DNA from: Rikenella microfusus
GTDB lineage: Bacteria; Bacteroidota; Bacteroidia; Bacteroidales; VadinHA17
Assembly: GCA_022736275.1 (NCBI GenBank)
Contig: DZBJ01000005.1
Span: forward strand, 456 to 64,455
Direction: 5' to 3'
DNA: 64,000 nucleotides
The position numbers and the translations under genes were made by a program. A model generated the notes under the pieces. That model saw only the letters and a list, made by a program, of their open reading frames with translations. It made no database searches and had not been told where the DNA came from. Below are positions 19,174 to 27,510 of this stretch, piece by piece (position 1 is the stretch's first letter; each line of letters begins with the position of its first letter).

Positions 19174-20663
19174 TAATATTCATTGATTTTACGGCTGTAG
19201 TTGGGAGCTTCGCGGGTTATTGTCACATCATGCGGATGACTCTCAATGACACCTGCACTGGTGACCCGTACAAACCGTCCCTCCCTTTTGAGAGCCGGGA
19301 TGTCACGTGCTCCGCAGTACCCCATTCCGGAACGCAGTCCGCCGAGAAACTGGTAAATCACCTCGTTTAATGTGCCCTTATACGGAACACGTGCGGTAAT
19401 TCCCTCGGGGACAAGCTTGTGTATGTCATCCTCCATGTCCTGAAAGTACCTGTCCTTGGAGCCCAATTGCATCGCCTCCACAGAACCCATTCCGCGGTAT
19501 GTTTTGAACTTCCTGCCGTTGTATATAATTGTCTCGCCGGGCGACTCCTCCACGCCTGCAAAGAGCGATCCGGCCATCACACAGTCAGCACCTGCCGCCA
19601 GGGCCTTGACAATGTCACCGGAATAACGGATGCCTCCGTCAGCTATTACGGGTATCCCGCTTCCGTCAATGGCCCGCGCGACGTTGTATATGGCTGAGAG
19701 CTGCGGTACCCCGACACCGGCAACAACCCTGGTTGTGCATATCGATCCGGGCCCGATACCTACCTTGACTGCGTCGGCGCCTTCGTCAGCAAGCATCTTC
19801 GCCGCATCAGCCGTGCCAATATTGCCCACCACTACCTGGGTGCCTGGAAAGATCTTTTTTATCTCCCTGAGTATCTCTGTGACACTCTTCGTGTGACCGT
19901 GCGCCGTGTCAATGGCAATTGCATCAACTCCTGCTCCAACCAGTGCCTCAACCCGCGACAGGGTGTTAGGGGAGATACCCACGGCGGCGGCAACCCTCAG
20001 GCGCCCCTTCTCATCCTTGCACGCATTGGGCCTGTCCTTGGCCTTTGTGATATCCTTGTAGGTAACCAGCCCCTTCAGCCGTCCCTTGTCGTCAACAATG
20101 GGCAGCTTTTCTATCTTGTGTATCTGGAGAATCTCCGCAGCGGCGGCAAGGTCTGTCTGATGACTCAGGGTGATAAGCTTTGATTGCGGAGTCATTATCT
20201 CACTTATCCTTCTCGAATAGTCAGTCTCAAAACGCAGATCCCTGTTCGTGACAATGCCCACCAGCGCACCGTCATCATTGATGACCGGAATGCCTCCTAT
20301 CTTGAACTCCTTCATCAGCGCCAGGGCGTCAGCCACGGTGGCGTTGTCATTGATGGTCACCGGATCAAAGATCATTACGCTCTCGGCACGTTTAACCTTT
20401 CTCACCTGTGCGGCCTGCTGACCTATCGACATGTTCTTGTGAATAACACCTATGCCGCCCTCCCGGGCAATGGCAATAGCAAGCTCGGCATCGGTGACAG
20501 TGTCCATGGCAGCCGAGACGATCGGAGTATTGATAATGACATTGCGGGTGAACTTCGATTTCAGATCAACATCGCGGGGCAAAACTTCCGAATAGGCCGG
20601 AAGAAGAAGCACATCATCGAAGGTCAGACCTTCGAAAAGCAGTTTATCTTCACTGAATGACAT
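19173..20663 (-). CDS. guaB: IMP dehydrogenase
   Basis: 496 aa with a CBS pair and the catalytic loop [20 protein letters not shown]. Confidence 0.96.
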   Translation of the reverse strand: MSFSEDKLLFEGLTFDDVLLLPAYSEVLPRDVDLKSKFTRNVIINTPIVSAAMDTVTDAELAIAIAREGGIGVIHKNMSIGQQAAQVRKVKRAESVMIFDPVTINDNATVADALALMKEFKIGGIPVINDDGALVGIVTNRDLRFETDYSRRISEIMTPQSKLITLSHQTDLAAAAEILQIHKIEKLPIVDDKGRLKGLVTYKDITKAKDRPNACKDEKGRLRVAAAVGISPNTLSRVEALVGAGVDAIAIDTAHGHTKSVTEILREIKKIFPGTQVVVGNIGTADAAKMLADEGADAVKVGIGPGSICTTRVVAGVGVPQLSAIYNVARAIDGSGIPVIADGGIRYSGDIVKALAAGADCVMAGSLFAGVEESPGETIIYNGRKFKTYRGMGSVEAMQLGSKDRYFQDMEDDIHKLVPEGITARVPYKGTLNEVIYQFLGGLRSGMGYCGARDIPALKREGRFVRVTSAGVIESHPHDVTITREAPNYSRKINEY

Positions 20664-20758
20664 CGGGCAAGGTTTATTTGGGGCGAAAATTACAAAAAAT
20701 TGACATGCACCGGCATATCTTAAATGTCAATAAAAGGTTAAAAATGAGATTGAGTTAT

Positions 20759-20766
20759 TAAATTTG
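20759..20766 (+). promoter_or_regulatory. Candidate -7 promoter box (TAAATTTG) for recQ
   Basis: Exact TAnnTTTG, 16 nt upstream of the ATG at 20782. Confidence 0.4.
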
Positions 20767-20781
20767 TATTAATCAGGCTGC

Positions 20782-22698
20782 ATGGCAATGTTACCGGACA
20801 TATACAGGGAGACGCTCGCCCGCTACTGGGGCTTCACCTCTTTCAGGCCTATGCAGGAGGAGATAATTGATGCTGTTGTATCAGGGAATGATGTGATAGG
20901 GCTTCTGCCTACCGGTGGCGGCAAATCGGTCACCTACCAGGTGCCCCCGGTGGCCACCGACGGTCTCTGCCTTGTAATCACCCCTCTGATAGCCCTGATG
21001 AAGGACCAGGTTACCCGCCTTAAGTCGATGAATATAAAGGCTATGGCCATCCACAGCGGGCTGACCCGTGAAGAGGTGGAGATTTCCCTCGACAACTGCC
21101 TGTACGGCGATTACCGCCTCCTGTACGTCAGTCCCGAACGGCTGCAGACACCTCTCTTCAGGGCTCGCCTGCCCAGGTTCAACTTCACCCTGGTAGCCGT
21201 TGATGAAGCTCACTGCATCTCGCAGTGGGGCTATGACTTCAGACCTTCATACCTGAATATAGCCGAGATAAGGGAGATAATTGGCGACAAGGTACCTTTT
21301 ATGGCACTGACTGCTACGGCCACACCCCGGGTGGTGAAGGACATTGTCTCAAGACTGAAACTGAAGAACCCGAAGATACTCCAGACCAGCTTCAGGAGAA
21401 CAAACATCACATATGTGGTCCGGGAGGTGGAAGACAAGAGTGTCTATGTCCTTCGCAGCCTGAAGAAGGAGCAGGGCAGCGGAATCATCTACGTCAACAG
21501 CAGGAAAAGATCGAAGGAGGTGGCAGAGATGCTCGTGGCAAACGATATCCGCACCGATTTCTATCACGCCGGATTGCCCCAGGAGATGCGTGACAGGAAA
21601 CAGAATGCATGGAGCTCCGGAGAGGTTCGCGTCATCGTTGCCACAAACGCCTTCGGCATGGGAATAGATAAGGCCGATGTGCGGTTCGTGATACACTGGG
21701 ACTGCCCCGATTCGGTCGAGGCCTATTACCAGGAGTCAGGCAGAGCCGGACGCGACGGCCAGCCATCATTCGCCGTGCTCCTCTGGTCACAGGATGAGAA
21801 GAGAAGACTGGCCGACTCGGTGAGAATCAAATTCCCTCCGGTAGAGAAAATCAAGGACGTCTATGAAGCGATCGGCAACTTCTATCAGCTCCCGGTCGGA
21901 TCGGGAAAAAACAGTGTGCACGACTTTGACCTGTGGAAATTCGTAACTGCCTTCAGGTTCTCCGTTACAGAGACATATAACAGCCTTAACTTCCTGCAGA
22001 AAGAGGGTTACCTTGAATTCACCGATGAAATCAATAACCCGTCAAGGGTGCACTTTGTCGTCAGCCGCGATGACCTCTACAAGTTCCAGGTGGCAAACGA
22101 GGAGTACGACAGATTCATCAAACTCCTTCTGCGCACCTACAGCGGCATGTTCTCTGAGTTTATCCCCATTAACGAGGAGACCCTCGCTGCCAGGTCAGGC
22201 ATGACCCGCGAGGCCATATACCAGTACCTGCTGAGACTCACTTCCCAGGGAATAATACACTTTATCCCCGCAAAGAAGAGCCCGCTGGTGATCTTCACAG
22301 AGGAGAGACTCAACCGAAGCCACCTCCTGATATCTCCTGACCTCTATCTCAGGGTAAAGGAAAACTATATCGAAAGGGTGGACAGGATCACCGAATATGC
22401 CGAAAATAAAACCCGCTGCAGGTCAGCCTTCCTTACCGGCTATTTCGGAGAGGAGAACGGCCGATGCGGGCTGTGTGACACCTGCCAGGAGAGAAATGAG
22501 CTGGATCTCAGCAAATATGAGTTCGACATGATAATTGAAAAAATAAAGGAGCTCGTGGGTGACAGCCCCAAAAGACCCGAAGAGCTTGCATCTGCCATGG
22601 AGTTTTCTCCTGATAAAAGCGCAAGAGTGATACGCTGGCTCCTTGACCATGAAAAACTGCATTATGACAATGATCATAAGCTCTCCTGGAATCACTGA
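20782..22698 (+). CDS. recQ: RecQ-family ATP-dependent DNA helicase
   Basis: 638 aa with PTGGGKS, VAVDEAHCISQWGYDFRPSY and a Zn-binding-type C..C cluster near the C-terminus. Confidence 0.9.
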   Translation: MAMLPDIYRETLARYWGFTSFRPMQEEIIDAVVSGNDVIGLLPTGGGKSVTYQVPPVATDGLCLVITPLIALMKDQVTRLKSMNIKAMAIHSGLTREEVEISLDNCLYGDYRLLYVSPERLQTPLFRARLPRFNFTLVAVDEAHCISQWGYDFRPSYLNIAEIREIIGDKVPFMALTATATPRVVKDIVSRLKLKNPKILQTSFRRTNITYVVREVEDKSVYVLRSLKKEQGSGIIYVNSRKRSKEVAEMLVANDIRTDFYHAGLPQEMRDRKQNAWSSGEVRVIVATNAFGMGIDKADVRFVIHWDCPDSVEAYYQESGRAGRDGQPSFAVLLWSQDEKRRLADSVRIKFPPVEKIKDVYEAIGNFYQLPVGSGKNSVHDFDLWKFVTAFRFSVTETYNSLNFLQKEGYLEFTDEINNPSRVHFVVSRDDLYKFQVANEEYDRFIKLLLRTYSGMFSEFIPINEETLAARSGMTREAIYQYLLRLTSQGIIHFIPAKKSPLVIFTEERLNRSHLLISPDLYLRVKENYIERVDRITEYAENKTRCRSAFLTGYFGEENGRCGLCDTCQERNELDLSKYEFDMIIEKIKELVGDSPKRPEELASAMEFSPDKSARVIRWLLDHEKLHYDNDHKLSWNH

Positions 22699-22856
22699 CA
22701 GACCCCATTCACGATTCCTGCCTCATGGTTAAAATGAAACCGGCCTGCTTTCTGTACAGAATTAATCTAAAAATACTTATGCAGGAATAAGGGTCGCCGG
22801 CTATGCGCTGCCAGCCATCGCAATATAAAAAAATGATTTAAGTCGGATGAATTGCC

Positions 22857-22864
22857 TACTTTTG
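22857..22864 (+). promoter_or_regulatory. Candidate -7 promoter box (TACTTTTG) for the DUF5063 gene
   Basis: Exact TAnnTTTG, 18 nt upstream of the ATG at 22882. Confidence 0.4.
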
Positions 22865-22881
22865 TCGATTATTAATAACGA

Positions 22882-23442
22882 ATGGAAAAAGAGGAAAAAA
22901 AGATATACTCACGCCAGGTTGTAGAGTTCGCCGCCTCGGCAAACGAATACTGCAAATACCTGGAAGGAATCAGGGATATTAATGGCATTGAGATACTTAA
23001 AGTCATGCAACGGCTCCTGCCATTCATCTATCTGCGTGCTTCACTGCTACCGTTGCTCGAACCGGTGCTTGAGGACGGAAGTGAAAAGACCGTTACGGAA
23101 TTTGACTGGACAAGAATACATAACAGCCTTCTCGCAAAGATCGGGAATAATGATCCCTTTCCGGTAATAGTGTCTGCCGGCGATCCGTCTGACGGCCTCT
23201 ATACCGGCAGCATTGCGGAGAGCCTTTCAGATATATACCAGGATCTTAAGAACTTCATAACCGGTTACAAGAGCGGTAATGACGAGGTGATGAATGACAC
23301 CGTGTGGGAGGTGCTTATGAATTTCGAGGAGTTCTGGGGAAAGAAACTGCTGAATGTTCTCTCTGCCATCCATACGGTGCTCTATTGCGAAGCGGAGGAG
23401 AATGATCAGAATGAACAGGCGGGAGATGACGAAACACTATAG
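22882..23442 (+). CDS. DUF5063 domain protein
   Basis: 186 aa. EFAASANEYCKYLE...LLPFIYLRASLLP...SLSDIYQDLKNF is typical of DUF5063. Confidence 0.65.
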   Translation: MEKEEKKIYSRQVVEFAASANEYCKYLEGIRDINGIEILKVMQRLLPFIYLRASLLPLLEPVLEDGSEKTVTEFDWTRIHNSLLAKIGNNDPFPVIVSAGDPSDGLYTGSIAESLSDIYQDLKNFITGYKSGNDEVMNDTVWEVLMNFEEFWGKKLLNVLSAIHTVLYCEAEENDQNEQAGDDETL

Positions 23443-24025
23443 TGAGAGTGTCACTGATGATGAACTGAGGAAACTGCCTCTCCTTCAGTTTAATGGAAAG
23501 GTGACCCTCGTTGACAGTATGCAGACCTTCCACCAGGTGATTGGCGATATCGGCAGGCCCGCTCTGCTTGGCTTTGATACCGAAACAAGGCCCTCATTCA
23601 AAAAAGGACAAAGGCATAAGGTCTCACTGCTTCAGCTGGCTGACGAAAACCGGGCCTGGCTGTTCCGGCTTAATATGATAGGCCTTCCACCTGAGCTGAC
23701 CACCCTGCTGGCCGACGAAAGGATCGTTAAAACCGGAGTGGCAGTTCACGACGATATCAAGGCTCTCAGGTCACTGACGCAATTTGAACCGGGAGGGTTC
23801 GTCGACCTGCAGACGGTGGTTGCCGCTCACGGGATAAAACAACTGGGACTGAAAAAGCTATCGGCGATAATCCTCGGATACTCCATCTCCAAATCACAGC
23901 AGACCTCAAACTGGGAGGCTCCCGCACTTACGGAGCCGCAACAGCTTTATGCAGCCACGGATGCATGGGTCTGCAGGCGCATATACCTGGCGCTCAATGG
24001 AAAAGAAATTCACCAACGGCAATAG
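23426..24025 (+). CDS. 3'-5' exonuclease (DEDDy, RNase D/WRN-like)
   Basis: Motifs LGFDTETRP, GVAVHDDIKAL and YAATDAW. I chose the ATG at 23426; earlier in-frame starts at 23354, 23402 and 23411 overlap the DUF5063 gene more. Confidence 0.8.
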   Translation: MTKHYSESVTDDELRKLPLLQFNGKVTLVDSMQTFHQVIGDIGRPALLGFDTETRPSFKKGQRHKVSLLQLADENRAWLFRLNMIGLPPELTTLLADERIVKTGVAVHDDIKALRSLTQFEPGGFVDLQTVVAAHGIKQLGLKKLSAIILGYSISKSQQTSNWEAPALTEPQQLYAATDAWVCRRIYLALNGKEIHQRQ

Positions 24026-24026
24026 T

Positions 24027-25214
24027 ATGACACCCGCACGGATTACCCTGAAAAAAGGAAAGGACCAGTCGGTAAGAAGATACCATCCGTGGATTTTTTC
24101 CGGAGCCATCGCATCGAGGAAAGGCTCACCGGCCGAAGGTGACGTGGTGGAGGTATATGCCTCCGATGATACATACCTGGCTACGGGACACTGGTCGCCC
24201 GGATCGATAGCAGTGCGGATCTTCTCCTTCACCCGCTGCGAACCAGACCGCGAATTCTTCAGGAAGAAACTCGCTGATGCGATGCAATTTCGTATTAATA
24301 CGGGATTTGCCGGCAGCGATGCAACGGATGTGTGGCGCCTGGTACATGGCGAGGGCGACGGACTGCCGGGACTGATAATTGATATCTACGGGAGCGTGGC
24401 CGTAATGCAGGCACATACTGCCGGATTCTGGCACCTGCGCGAAATGATAGCGGAATTGCTGCCGGAAATAACCAACGGCCTTGTTAAGTCGGTATATAAC
24501 AAGAGTGAGGGTACAGTGCCGTTCATGGCCAGGCTCGAACCGGTCAACGGATACCTGGCCGGAGATAACGCCGGCAGCAGCGCAGTAGTTAAGGAGAACG
24601 GGTTTAAATTCAAGGTAGACTGGGAGAAGGGACAGAAGACCGGATTCTTCATTGACCAGCGTGATAACCGCAGTCTTCTGCGCCAGTACAGCAAGGGACG
24701 CAGCGTGCTTAATATGTTCGGATATACCGGCGGCTTCTCAGTCTATGCCATGAGCAACGCCTCCGTGGTTCATACTGTCGACAGTTCTGCCTCTGCAACA
24801 ACTATGGCCAATGAGAATGTAAGCCTGAACTTTGGTGATGATCCGCGACACAGATCGTTTGCAACCGATGCCTTCAGATTCCTGGCCGAAATGAAGAGTG
24901 AATATGACCTTATTGTGCTCGATCCCCCCGCCTTTGCCAAGCATCAGACCGCCCTCGACCAGGCGTTGCAGGGCTACAGAAGACTGAATGCCATTGCCCT
25001 GCAGAAGATAAAACCCGGAGGCATACTCTTTACCTTCTCATGTTCGCAGGTCGTAAGTCGTGACGACTTCCGGCGGTCAGTCTTTGTTGCCTCCGCCAAC
25101 ACCGGACGCAATGTGAGAATCCTGCACCAGACAGGACAACCGGCCGACCACCCCGTGAATATTTACCATCCGGAGAGTGAATACCTTAAAGGATTGGTAC
25201 TGTACGTTGAATAG
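24027..25214 (+). CDS. rlmI: Class I SAM-dependent rRNA methyltransferase, RlmI-like (PUA + MTase)
   Basis: The N-terminus ITLKKGKDQSVRRYHPWIFSGAI matches the PUA-type start of RlmI, and the MTase core has LNMFGYTGGFSV and LDPPAFAK. I placed the start at the ATG at 24027, right after the upstream stop. Confidence 0.7.
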   Translation: MTPARITLKKGKDQSVRRYHPWIFSGAIASRKGSPAEGDVVEVYASDDTYLATGHWSPGSIAVRIFSFTRCEPDREFFRKKLADAMQFRINTGFAGSDATDVWRLVHGEGDGLPGLIIDIYGSVAVMQAHTAGFWHLREMIAELLPEITNGLVKSVYNKSEGTVPFMARLEPVNGYLAGDNAGSSAVVKENGFKFKVDWEKGQKTGFFIDQRDNRSLLRQYSKGRSVLNMFGYTGGFSVYAMSNASVVHTVDSSASATTMANENVSLNFGDDPRHRSFATDAFRFLAEMKSEYDLIVLDPPAFAKHQTALDQALQGYRRLNAIALQKIKPGGILFTFSCSQVVSRDDFRRSVFVASANTGRNVRILHQTGQPADHPVNIYHPESEYLKGLVLYVE

Positions 25215-25219
25215 CCATT

Positions 25220-27388
25220 ATGGATTCTTCAGTACATATAAACATCATTGCTCAGAAACTCCGGCTGCACGACTGGCAGGTGGAGAATACCCTGCGTCTC
25301 ATTGATGACGGAGCAACAATACCCTTTATAAGCCGCTACCGCAAGGAGGTCACCGGCAGTCTCAATGAGGTCCATCTGGCGGAGATCCGTGACGAGTATG
25401 AGAGACTAAGAGAGCTCGACAAGAGGAGAGAAGCAATTATCAAGTCGATCATAGAGCAGGAGAAGATGACCCCGGAACTGCTGGCAAAGATCAATGCTGC
25501 GCTGACTCTGTCCCAGCTCGAAGATATCTACCTCCCCTACAGGCCCAGGAGAAAAACCCGCGCCTCAGTGGCAAGGGAGAGGGGACTAGAGCCTCTTGCC
25601 CTGTGGCTGCTTGAACAGGTACCCGGAGATCCCTATATTGAAGCGGAAAAATACCTGGGTGATGAGGTGGAGACAGCCGATGCAGCCCTGGCAGGTGCTC
25701 GTGACATCATTGCCGAGATGATCAGCGAGGATGAACAGGTGCGGGGTTCACTGAGAAGACTGTATGAACGTGATGCCGTAATCACTTCAAAAGGGGTGAA
25801 AGGCAAGGAGGAGGAGGGGAATAAGTTCAGGGATTACTTCGAGTGGTCCGAGCCCCTGCGCCGCTGTCCCTCACATAGGCTGCTGGCTATGCTCCGCGGC
25901 GAGGAGGAGGGCTTCCTCAGGCTTACAGTATTGCCGGCCGGTGATGATGCTGTCGAGACAGTGGAAAAGGTGATTGTCATGTCAAATAATGGCGCTTCCC
26001 GTCATGTGAAGGAGGCTGTTGCCGACAGCTGGAGCCGCCTGCTCGCTCCCTCTATGGAGACTGAGTTCAGAAAAACATCAAAGGAAAAGGCTGACGGGGA
26101 GGCGATACGCGTTTTTGCCGATAACCTCAGGCAGTTGCTGCTTTCTCCCCCTCTGGGAGAGAAGAGCGTCTTGGCCCTTGACCCGGGGTTCCGTACCGGC
26201 TGCAAAGTCGTCTGCCTCGACAGGCAGGGGTCAATGCTGCATCATGACGTTATCTACCCGCATCCGCCACAGAACGAGACCGCCCGCAGCGTCAGCAAAT
26301 TACTGTCTCTGATAGACAAATTCAGCGTGGAAGCAATAGCCATAGGCAATGGCACTGCCAGCCGCGAGACGGAGAAACTGATCAGACAGTACCTTACGCC
26401 GGGGTCTCCTGTTAAAATATACGTGGTGAGCGAAGCAGGCGCATCAGTCTATTCAGCTTCAAAAACTGCACGCGATGAGTTCCCGGATCATGACGTCACC
26501 GTACGTGGTGCCGTCTCCATCGGCCGTCGACTCATGGACCCTCTGGCGGAGCTCGTGAAGATAGATCCTAAATCCATTGGCGTCGGACAGTACCAGCATG
26601 ATGTCGACCAGACGCGGCTGCAGACCAGCCTTGACGAGGTGGTGATGTCATGCGTCAACGCAGTGGGAGTAGAGGTGAACACCGCCAGCCCCCATCTGCT
26701 TACTTACGTCTCCGGACTGGGACCTAAACTGGCGCAGAACATAGTGGCCCATCGCACGGAGAAGGGCCCGTTCATATCTCGATCTGAGCTGATGAAGGTG
26801 AAAAGAATGGGGGAAAAAGCCTATGAACAGGCTGCAGGTTTCCTAAGAATAAGAAACGCGGACAACCCGCTTGATGCCTCGGCTGTGCATCCCGAAAGCT
26901 ATCATATCGTGGAGAGAATGTCACGCGATGCCGGATGCACCGTGGCTGACCTGATAGGGGATGAGACGAGGCGAAAATCCATTAATATCGAAAAGTATAT
27001 TACCCCTGAGGCCGGACTGCCAACACTGAAGGATATTATGCTGGAACTGGCAAAACCGGGGCGCGATCCGCGGTCGTCAATACAGGAGTTCAGCTTTGCG
27101 GACATACACTCGCTCGAGGATGTGAAGGAGGGAATGGTCGTGCCGGGAATTGTGACGAACATAACGAAGTTTGGAGCGTTTGTAGACATAGGCGTTAAGC
27201 AGGATGGACTGGTGCATGTCTCCCAGATGTCAGACCGCTACGTCGATGACCCGTCAAAGCTGGTTAAGCTCCATCAGCAGCTTATGGTGAGAGTCGTCAG
27301 CGTGGATCTTGCACGGAAGCGGATTCAGCTGACGCTGAAAGGAGTCGGCAGTCCACAGCCCACAGTCGGCAGTCATTTTAGGCAATAG
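25220..27388 (+). CDS. tex: Tex-family transcription accessory protein (S1 domain RNA-binding)
   Basis: 722 aa with TIPFISRYRKE, a YqgF-like core and a C-terminal S1 domain (GMVVPGIVTNITKFGAFVDIG). The last 15 codons lie in a heptad repeat array. Confidence 0.92.
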   Translation: MDSSVHINIIAQKLRLHDWQVENTLRLIDDGATIPFISRYRKEVTGSLNEVHLAEIRDEYERLRELDKRREAIIKSIIEQEKMTPELLAKINAALTLSQLEDIYLPYRPRRKTRASVARERGLEPLALWLLEQVPGDPYIEAEKYLGDEVETADAALAGARDIIAEMISEDEQVRGSLRRLYERDAVITSKGVKGKEEEGNKFRDYFEWSEPLRRCPSHRLLAMLRGEEEGFLRLTVLPAGDDAVETVEKVIVMSNNGASRHVKEAVADSWSRLLAPSMETEFRKTSKEKADGEAIRVFADNLRQLLLSPPLGEKSVLALDPGFRTGCKVVCLDRQGSMLHHDVIYPHPPQNETARSVSKLLSLIDKFSVEAIAIGNGTASRETEKLIRQYLTPGSPVKIYVVSEAGASVYSASKTARDEFPDHDVTVRGAVSIGRRLMDPLAELVKIDPKSIGVGQYQHDVDQTRLQTSLDEVVMSCVNAVGVEVNTASPHLLTYVSGLGPKLAQNIVAHRTEKGPFISRSELMKVKRMGEKAYEQAAGFLRIRNADNPLDASAVHPESYHIVERMSRDAGCTVADLIGDETRRKSINIEKYITPEAGLPTLKDIMLELAKPGRDPRSSIQEFSFADIHSLEDVKEGMVVPGIVTNITKFGAFVDIGVKQDGLVHVSQMSDRYVDDPSKLVKLHQQLMVRVVSVDLARKRIQLTLKGVGSPQPTVGSHFRQ

Positions 27389-27397
27389 GCAATAGTG
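27342..27397 (+). repeat. Heptanucleotide array, 8 units (CAGTCNN then GGCAATA words)
   Basis: Units: gagtcgg cagtcca cagccca cagtcgg cagtcat tttaggc aataggc aatagtg. It contains the tex stop codon (27386-27388). Confidence 0.85.
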
Positions 27398-27405
27398 TCA
27401 ATGAT

Positions 27406-27483
27406 AGCCCGTAGGGCTTATAGTATTGTAGATTAATGTTATATAAATAAATCTCTTTCCCGTAGGGGATATATTATTGTAAA
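27406..27483 (+). repeat. Two hairpin + TATTGTAGA units (GTA triloop, 5-bp stems)
   Basis: Unit 1: agccc-gta-gggct + tatagtattgtaga (27406-27432). Unit 2: ttccc-gta-gggga + tatattattgtaaa (27457-27483). Both are homologous to the inverted units at 53680-53757. Confidence 0.75.
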
Positions 27484-27510
27484 ACAACACATTAACTATA
27501 AAAACTATTT

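Noticed and set aside
27406-27483. Whether the hairpin + TATTGTAGA units (here and at 53680-53757) form a mini CRISPR array.
   Set aside because: There are only two units per locus, with unequal spacing between loci (51-nt versus 51/41-type offsets depending on how they are measured). The spacers are AT-rich and similar to each other. The window has no leader or cas genes. The palindrome-plus-tail layout fits REP-like elements or RNA hairpins better.
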